The notes below the pieces were generated by a model. That model did no database searches. It was given only the letters and a program-made list of their open reading frames with translations, and was not told the origin of the DNA. This document shows positions 58,497 to 64,000 of a DNA stretch of 64,000 nucleotides, in pieces. Position 1 is the first letter of the stretch. Each line of letters begins with the position of its first letter. Source of the stretch: Bacteroidaceae bacterium (lineage in GTDB: Bacteria; Bacillota; Clostridia; Lachnospirales; Lachnospiraceae); assembly GCA_963597615.1 (NCBI GenBank), contig CAVBQS010000040.1:7366-71365 (forward strand). Direction: 5' to 3'. The translations under genes and the position numbers were made by a program.

Positions 58497-59252
58497 GTGG
58501 AAAAGGTGAGAAATCAAATTAGTGTCACCGGCATGGTGCTTAATACAGCGCCGGCAGGAGAGTATGACAGACGATTGGTACTTCTCACAAAAGAGCGAGG
58601 GAAAATATCGGCTTTCGCCAGAGGAGCCAGAAGACCAAACAGCGCCCTTATGGGAGTAACCAGTCCATTTTCATTTGGAACATTTGTATTATATGAGGGG
58701 CGGACATCATACACCTTGATGTCGGCCTCTATTTCCAATTATTTTGCAGAGCTTCGCACCGATATAGAAGGGGCTTACTACGGCTTTTATTTTATGGATT
58801 TGGCAGGCTACTATGCTAGGGAAGCCTGCGATGAAAGCCAGATGCTAAAGCTTTTATATCAAAGCTTAAGAGCCCTGGGAAACAAACATATTCCCAACCG
58901 CCTCGTTCGCAGGATCTATGAGCTTCGCACCATTAGCATTAATGGGGAGGGTCCCCAGGTATTTGAGTGTGTCTTATGTGGGGCCAAGGAGGAAAATATG
59001 GTCTTTAGTGTAAAAAAAGGTGGCCTTCTTTGCAGGGGATGTAGGGGAAAAAATTCGGATGGAAAGGTTCTGCTTCCTTCTACCCTCTATACTCTGCAAT
59101 ATGTAATCAGCGCCCCGGTGGAGAAACTATATAATTTTATTGTGAAGAATGAAGTCTTACAGGAATTGGAAGGGCTTATGGATGCTTATCTTCAGGAGTA
59201 TTTGCATAAATCCTTTAAATCCCTGGAAATCCTTGAGACAATTGCGGATTAA
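58497..59252 (+). CDS. recO: DNA repair protein RecO
   Basis: 251 aa with an OB-fold N-terminus and Cys4 motif CVLCG...CRGC. The era-recO-glyQS order is typical of Firmicutes. GTG start. Confidence 0.88.
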   Translation: MEKVRNQISVTGMVLNTAPAGEYDRRLVLLTKERGKISAFARGARRPNSALMGVTSPFSFGTFVLYEGRTSYTLMSASISNYFAELRTDIEGAYYGFYFMDLAGYYAREACDESQMLKLLYQSLRALGNKHIPNRLVRRIYELRTISINGEGPQVFECVLCGAKEENMVFSVKKGGLLCRGCRGKNSDGKVLLPSTLYTLQYVISAPVEKLYNFIVKNEVLQELEGLMDAYLQEYLHKSFKSLEILETIAD

Positions 59253-59338
59253 GGCTTGAAAAGAAAGAAGGCCTTTTGTATAATTATTCTCAGTTTTGGT
59301 TATACCATAAAGCAAAGCGAGGAAAGGAAGGACAGAAG

Positions 59339-60739
59339 ATGGTAGAGAAGACGATGGACAAGATCGTAGCCCTGGCAAAATCCAGAGGATTTGTGTATCC
59401 AGGTTCAGAGATATATGGAGGTTTGGCTAACACTTGGGATTATGGTAATTTAGGTGTTGAGCTTAAGAACAATGTAAAGAAAGCTTGGTGGCAGAAGTTT
59501 ATACAGGAGTCTCCTTACAATGTAGGAGTGGACTGTGCAATCCTTATGAACCCTCAGACTTGGATCGCCAGCGGACACTTGGGCGGATTCAGCGATCCTT
59601 TGATGGACTGTAAGGAATGCCACGAGAGATTCCGTGCAGACAAGATTATTGAAGACTACTGTGCAGAACATGGCATGGCCATCGAGGGAAGCGTAGATGC
59701 CTGGGATCATGAGAAGATGGAAGGATTCATTGAGGAGAACAATGTTCCATGCCCAACTTGCGGCAAGCACAACTTTACAGAAATCCGTGAATTTAACCTG
59801 ATGTTTAAAACCTTCCAGGGAGTTACAGAGGATGCCAAGAATACAGTATATTTAAGACCTGAGACTGCCCAGGGAATCTTTGTAAACTTTAAGAATGTTC
59901 AGCGTACATCCAGAAAGAAAATCCCATTTGGAATTGGCCAGATTGGTAAATCCTTCAGAAATGAGATTACTCCCGGTAACTTTACTTTCCGTACCAGAGA
60001 GTTTGAGCAGATGGAATTAGAGTTTTTCTGCGAGCCGGATACAGACTTAGAGTGGTTTGATTACTGGAAGTCCTTCTGCTTGAATTGGTTAAGCACCTTA
60101 GGATTAAAAGAAGACGAGGTTCGTTACAGAGACCATGACAAGGAAGAGTTATCCTTCTACAGTAAGGCAACTACCGACGTAGAATTCTTGTTCCCATTTG
60201 GATGGGGCGAGCTTTGGGGTATCGCTGATCGAACCAACTATGACTTGTCTCGTCACATGGAAGTTTCTAAGCAGGATCTTACCTACTTTGATGATGAGAA
60301 GAAGGAAAAATACATTCCATACGTAATTGAGCCATCCCTTGGTGCAGACCGTATGGTACTTGCCTTCCTTTGCAGCGCTTACGATGAGGAGAATATCGGA
60401 ACTGAGGAGAAACCGGATATGAGAACTGTCCTTCATTTCCATCCGGCCCTTGCTCCGGTGAAGATCGGAGTTCTCCCACTGTCTAAGAAGCTCAACGAAG
60501 GGGCAGAAAAAGTATTTGCAAGCTTAAGCAAAAAATATAATTGTGAATATGATGATCGTGGAAATATTGGAAAACGTTATCGTCGTCAGGACGAGATCGG
60601 AACACCATTCTGCGTAACTTATGATTTTGATTCTGAGGAAGATGGAGCAGTTACAGTACGTGACAGAGATACCATGGAGCAGGAGAGAGTCAAGATTGAT
60701 GAATTAGATGCTTATTTCGCTAAGAAATTTGAGTGGTAG
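59339..60739 (+). CDS. glyQS: glycine--tRNA ligase (dimeric GlyQS type)
   Basis: 466 aa ([45 protein letters not shown]). Start moved to ATG 59339. There is no room for a T-box upstream. Confidence 0.92.
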   Translation: MVEKTMDKIVALAKSRGFVYPGSEIYGGLANTWDYGNLGVELKNNVKKAWWQKFIQESPYNVGVDCAILMNPQTWIASGHLGGFSDPLMDCKECHERFRADKIIEDYCAEHGMAIEGSVDAWDHEKMEGFIEENNVPCPTCGKHNFTEIREFNLMFKTFQGVTEDAKNTVYLRPETAQGIFVNFKNVQRTSRKKIPFGIGQIGKSFRNEITPGNFTFRTREFEQMELEFFCEPDTDLEWFDYWKSFCLNWLSTLGLKEDEVRYRDHDKEELSFYSKATTDVEFLFPFGWGELWGIADRTNYDLSRHMEVSKQDLTYFDDEKKEKYIPYVIEPSLGADRMVLAFLCSAYDEENIGTEEKPDMRTVLHFHPALAPVKIGVLPLSKKLNEGAEKVFASLSKKYNCEYDDRGNIGKRYRRQDEIGTPFCVTYDFDSEEDGAVTVRDRDTMEQERVKIDELDAYFAKKFEW

Positions 60740-60744
60740 AATTG

Positions 60745-60782
60745 AAAGGAGCGCGGTGTAATTGCTACGCTCCTTTTTGTTT
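60745..60782 (+). terminator. rho-independent terminator after glyQS
   Basis: AAAGGAGCG-N14-CGCTCCTTT followed by TTGTTT. Confidence 0.8.
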
Positions 60783-60789
60783 AAGTATC

Positions 60790-60971
60790 GCAAAATCCGG
60801 GGTGATTCATGGATTCGACTCAATAACCAAAACATCAAAGACGCGCTTGCACTCCCTCCGCCCGTAGCGCTACTAAGGGGCCAAAATACGGCCCCTAAGG
60901 ACCGACGGGCTCCAAGGGTCTTTGTTGCTTTGGTTATTGTGTTGAATCCACGTAAGTTGTCGGTGTTTTGT
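60790..60971. repeat. long imperfect palindrome 'element B' (~180 nt; core 60811-60949)
   Basis: GGATTCGACTCAATAACCAAAACATCAAAGAC (60811-60842) pairs with GTCTTTGTTGCTTTGGTTATTGTGTTGAATCC (60918-60949). Within this, CAATAACCAAAACATCAAAGAC pairs with GTCTTTGTTGCTTTGGTTATTG at 20 of 22 positions. The GC-rich interior holds nested hairpins (GCCCGT/ACGGGC and AGGGGCC-N7-GGCCCCT). Confidence 0.7.
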
Positions 60972-61004
60972 AAATAATTATAAAAAAAGGAGGAAACAAT
61001 TAGC

Positions 61005-62399
61005 ATGGAACGTAAAAATGTGTGGACGGGTTATGACTCAGCGAAGTTGGAGGAGTTGGAGAGGATTAATGCTGACTATAGGGCTTGTCTTGATGGGGGT
61101 AAGACGGAGAGAGAGTGCGTGGATCTTGCGGTAGCCAGGGCCCAGGCGGCAGGATACAAGGATATTAACCAGGTGATTGCTGCTGGAGAAACTTTAAAAG
61201 CGGGAGATAAGATTTACGCCGTATGCATGGGAAAGACTATTGCCATGTTCCATATTGGGAGTGAACCTTTGGAGAAGGGTATGAATATCTTAGGAGCTCA
61301 TATTGATTCGCCTAGAATCGATGTGAAGCAGAATCCTTTGTATGAGACGGAGGAGCTTGCCTACTTAGATACCCACTACTATGGCGGTATTAAGAAATAC
61401 CAGTGGGTGACCATTCCTTTGGCAATCCACGGGGTTATTGTGAAAAAAGACGGCACCACAGCAGTTGTAAATATTGGAGAAGAAGAGGATGATCCGGTAT
61501 TTGTAATCTCCGATCTTTTAATCCACCTAGCAGGCGCCCAGATGGAAAAAAAGGCCAGTGCAGTAGTAGAAGGAGAAAAATTAGACCTTCTTATTGGCAG
61601 CCGTCCCCTTGAACAAAACAGCGAACTAAAGCAGGAAGAAAAAGAGGCAGTGAAGTTCAATGTTCTTCAGATTTTAAAAGAATATTATGATGTGGAGGAA
61701 GAGGACTTTGTCTCTGCAGAGCTTGAGATCGTGCCGGCAGGAAAGGCCAGAGAGTGTGGCTTAGACAGAAGTATGATCCTAGCTTACGGACAGGATGACA
61801 GAGTGTGTGCATTTACCTCACTTTTTGCTATGCTGGATTCAGAAGCTCCTAAGAGAACCGCTTGCTGTATCCTGGTAGATAAAGAAGAAATCGGAAGCGT
61901 AGGAGCTACCGGTATGCAGTCCCGTTTCTTTGAAAATACTGTGGCAGAGCTTATTGCCTTAGAAGGCGGAGAGTCTAATTTAAAAACCAGAAGAGCCCTT
62001 TCTAATTCCCTTATGCTCTCTTCTGATGTAAGTGCAGCCTACGATCCAATGTTTGCAGAAAGCTTCGAGAAGAGAAGTTCTGCTTTCTTTGGAAAAGGTC
62101 TGGTATTTAACAAATTTACAGGAGCAAGAGGAAAAAGCGGATCCAACGATGCCAATGCAGAGTATTTAGCTGCCCTTCGTGGACGGATGGATGCAGATGA
62201 GGTGGGCTATCAGTTTGCTGAGCTTGGAAAAGTAGACATAGGTGGCGGCGGAACCATCGCCTATATTATGGCAAACTATGGCATGAAGGTCATTGACAGC
62301 GGTGTGGCAGTTCTTAGCATGCACGCTCCTTGGGAAGTTACCAGCAAGGCAGATGTTTACGAGGCCTATAGAGGCTACAAAGCATTCTTAAAATTCTAA
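61005..62399 (+). CDS. M18-family aminopeptidase
   Basis: 464 aa. The N-terminal region (TERECVDLAV..., NILGAHIDSPRIDVK) and C-terminal SMHAPWE are typical of clostridial aminopeptidase 1 / M18 enzymes. Confidence 0.8.
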   Translation: MERKNVWTGYDSAKLEELERINADYRACLDGGKTERECVDLAVARAQAAGYKDINQVIAAGETLKAGDKIYAVCMGKTIAMFHIGSEPLEKGMNILGAHIDSPRIDVKQNPLYETEELAYLDTHYYGGIKKYQWVTIPLAIHGVIVKKDGTTAVVNIGEEEDDPVFVISDLLIHLAGAQMEKKASAVVEGEKLDLLIGSRPLEQNSELKQEEKEAVKFNVLQILKEYYDVEEEDFVSAELEIVPAGKARECGLDRSMILAYGQDDRVCAFTSLFAMLDSEAPKRTACCILVDKEEIGSVGATGMQSRFFENTVAELIALEGGESNLKTRRALSNSLMLSSDVSAAYDPMFAESFEKRSSAFFGKGLVFNKFTGARGKSGSNDANAEYLAALRGRMDADEVGYQFAELGKVDIGGGGTIAYIMANYGMKVIDSGVAVLSMHAPWEVTSKADVYEAYRGYKAFLKF

Positions 62400-62408
62400 A
62401 TCAAAGAG

Positions 62409-62455
62409 CCTTCCGACTTATGAGTACATTCATAGGTTGGAAGGTTTTTGTTTTA
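62409..62455 (+). terminator. rho-independent terminator after the aminopeptidase gene
   Basis: CCTTCCGACTTATGA-N7-TCATAGGTTGGAAGG followed by TTTTTGTTTT. Confidence 0.8.
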
Positions 62456-62684
62456 GTTTTTTGTGTCTTATTTTTAGGTTTTGGAGCTGGTTTTTAATAA
62501 TTTAGTGAAATTAGCGAAAGCTTAACGCTGGTTTGGTGAATAACTGGTGAAAATGACGGTATATTCTTTGGCTTTCCTTGACTATTTGATGGAAAACCTG
62601 TAAACTAACTATGTTATTTAGTGAAATGTAACGGAAGGGGTTACTATAGGTGCACTAAAATTTAGATTTAGGAGGTCATTACAC

Positions 62685-64000
62685 ATGGCAAACAAATGGG
62701 TTTATTTGTTCAGCGAGGGCAACGCGAACATGCGCGAACTTCTTGGTGGTAAGGGAGCCAACCTTGCAGAGATGACAAGTCTTGGATTACCGGTTCCTCA
62801 GGGATTCACAATTACAACAGAAGCTTGTACACAGTATTATGAGGATGGAAGAGAGATTAATCAGGAGATTCAGGACCAGATTAACGAATACATTGTTAAG
62901 ATGGAAGAGATTACCGGAAAGAAATTTGGGGATAGCGAAAATCCACTTCTAGTTTCTGTACGTTCAGGAGCGAGAGCTTCCATGCCTGGTATGATGGACA
63001 CAATCCTTAACTTAGGACTAAATGAAACCGTAGTACTTGCAATTGCAGAAAAATCCAGCAACCCACGTTGGGCTTGGGATTGCTATAGAAGATTTATCCA
63101 AATGTACTCTGACGTAGTTATGGAGGTAGGCAAGAAATACTTCGAAGAGCTTATCGACAAGATGAAAGCAGACAGAGGGGTTAAGCAGGATGTAGACCTT
63201 ACAGCTGAGGACTTAAAAGAACTGGCAAATCAGTTTAAGGCGGAGTATAAGGCTAAGATCGGTGAGGACTTCCCGGATGATCCTAAGGAGCAGTTAATGG
63301 GGGCCATTAAGGCAGTATTCCGCTCTTGGGATAATCCAAGAGCGAATGTATATCGCCGTGACAATGACATTCCTTATTCATGGGGAACTGCAGTTAATGT
63401 ACAGTCCATGGCTTTCGGTAACATGGGAGATGACTGTGGAACAGGTGTTGCATTTACCCGTGACCCAGCTACAGGAGAGAACGGACTTTTTGGTGAGTTC
63501 CTTACCAATGCTCAAGGAGAGGACGTTGTGGCAGGTGTTCGTACACCAATGCACATTTCTGAGATGGAAGAGAAGTTCCCAGAGGCTTTTGTAGAATTTA
63601 AGAAAGTATGCGAGACTTTGGAGAACCACTATAGAGATATGCAGGATATGGAGTTTACCGTAGAGCATGGCAAGCTTTATATGTTACAGACCCGTAATGG
63701 TAAGAGAACTGCTCAGGCAGCTCTTAAGATTGCTTGTGATTTAGTAGATGAAGGTATGAGAACAGAGGAAGAGGCAGTAGCTATGATCGATCCTCGTAAC
63801 TTAGATACCTTGCTTCATCCACAGTTTGATGCCGCAGCATTAAAGGCTGCAACCCCAATGGGTAAAGGACTTGGAGCTTCACCTGGAGCTGCTTGCGGTA
63901 AGATTGTATTCTCAGCAGAGGATGCAGTAGAGTGGGCAGAAAGAGGAGAGAAGGTTGTATTGGTTCGTCTAGAGACTTCTCCGGAAGATATTACAGGTAT
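62685..64000 (+). CDS. ppdK: pyruvate, phosphate dikinase (N-terminal ~438 codons; 3' end outside window)
   Basis: Absent from the ORF track, presumably because it has no stop codon in the window. My translation from ATG 62685 (9 nt after AGGAGG) gives MANKWVYLFSEGNANMRELLGGKGANLAEMTSLGLPVPQGFTITTEAC...SVRSGARASMPGMMDTILNLGLNE, the characteristic PPDK N-terminus. The frame stays open to base 64000. Confidence 0.9.
   Translation, partial: MANKWVYLFSEGNANMRELLGGKGANLAEMTSLGLPVPQGFTITTEACTQYYEDGREINQEIQDQINEYIVKMEEITGKKFGDSENPLLVSVRSGARASMPGMMDTILNLGLNETVVLAIAEKSSNPRWAWDCYRRFIQMYSDVVMEVGKKYFEELIDKMKADRGVKQDVDLTAEDLKELANQFKAEYKAKIGEDFPDDPKEQLMGAIKAVFRSWDNPRANVYRRDNDIPYSWGTAVNVQSMAFGNMGDDCGTGVAFTRDPATGENGLFGEFLTNAQGEDVVAGVRTPMHISEMEEKFPEAFVEFKKVCETLENHYRDMQDMEFTVEHGKLYMLQTRNGKRTAQAALKIACDLVDEGMRTEEEAVAMIDPRNLDTLLHPQFDAAALKAATPMGKGLGASPGAACGKIVFSAEDAVEWAERGEKVVLVRLETSPEDITG

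Noticed and set aside
13252-59338. N-terminal extensions in the ORF track (13252, 14216, 17646, 19394, 20380, 24161, 34050, 37641, 37789, 39369, 44551, 44645, 50744, 54581, 59276)
   Set aside because: In each case an internal ATG or GTG is preceded by a Shine-Dalgarno sequence at 5-12 nt and begins the conserved N-terminus of the family. The longer forms overlap upstream genes, operators or terminators.
60704-61006. 100-aa minus-strand and 71-aa plus-strand ORFs between glyQS and the aminopeptidase gene
   Set aside because: Mirror-image ORFs on both strands over the same palindrome (element B) are the expected artefact of an inverted repeat. Neither has an RBS.
62628-62644. GTAAC-N7-GTTAC palindrome upstream of ppdK, considered as a cre/CcpA site
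   Set aside because: It lacks the central CG and the flanking TG/CA of the cre consensus. It could be a different operator but is unsupported.
1-64000. Search for CRISPR arrays, tRNA or rRNA genes, transposases, integrases and prophage or defence islands
   Set aside because: I saw no regularly spaced direct repeats, tRNA-like T-arm/acceptor patterns or recombinase-like ORFs. The only nuclease-like gene is the truncated AAA-ATPase/PDDEXK protein at the left edge, a common multi-copy family.

Overview
The window reads as a chromosomal segment of a low-GC Gram-positive anaerobe. A Clostridia or Lachnospiraceae-like origin is only my inference from gene content and RBS style. It is densely coding, with about 55 CDS. 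I found no rRNA, tRNA, CRISPR array, transposase or integrase. All protein calls rest on motifs read by eye, with no database search. From left to right: (1) 1.1-19.4 kb is a carbohydrate locus. It holds an AraC regulator, cytoplasmic GH42 beta-galactosidase, GH31 alpha-xylosidase-like enzyme, GH3 beta-glucosidase and GH94 cellobiose phosphorylase, a YesL-like membrane protein, an LplABC-type ABC importer and a YesMN-type two-component system. That enzyme set fits xyloglucan-oligosaccharide use. (2) 19.5-26.8 kb is a heat-shock cluster: hsp20, a MATE transporter, a cytidylate-kinase-like gene, a second hsp20, a class-II J-protein and clpB. Three CIRCE-like operators are built into its promoters. 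(3) 27.9-34.9 kb is a complete trpEGDCFBA operon behind a Trp (UGG) T-box leader. (4) 35-43.7 kb is a stress and alarmone neighbourhood. It contains a Zn-ribbon Q/N-rich membrane protein in an operon with a divergent RelA/SpoT-domain protein, a canonical small alarmone synthetase, trxA, a carbamate-kinase-like gene, nrdR, a truA paralog, an SDR, and an HD-type small alarmone hydrolase followed by tetR and trxB. (5) A GntR regulator sits divergent from proC, with four TGTATACA-core palindromes between them. (6) ppiB and ecfA1-ecfA2-ecfT-truA follow, with an orphan ECF S-component on the opposite strand. (7) 50.8-54.6 kb is the most unusual operon. It encodes a COG0523/CobW GTPase with an 85-aa His-rich insert carrying four ECGCGHHH units. 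Next is a CobW-like protein that lacks CxCC and carries a DUF1980-like 'CCxAD' C-terminal domain. An NhaC-family transporter completes it. (8) The right end holds an M16C peptidase, era, recO, glyQS, an M18 aminopeptidase and the 5' part of ppdK. Two intergenic regions (45.7 kb and 60.8 kb) carry related long imperfect palindromes of about 140-180 nt that I could not assign to any known RNA or mobile-element class.
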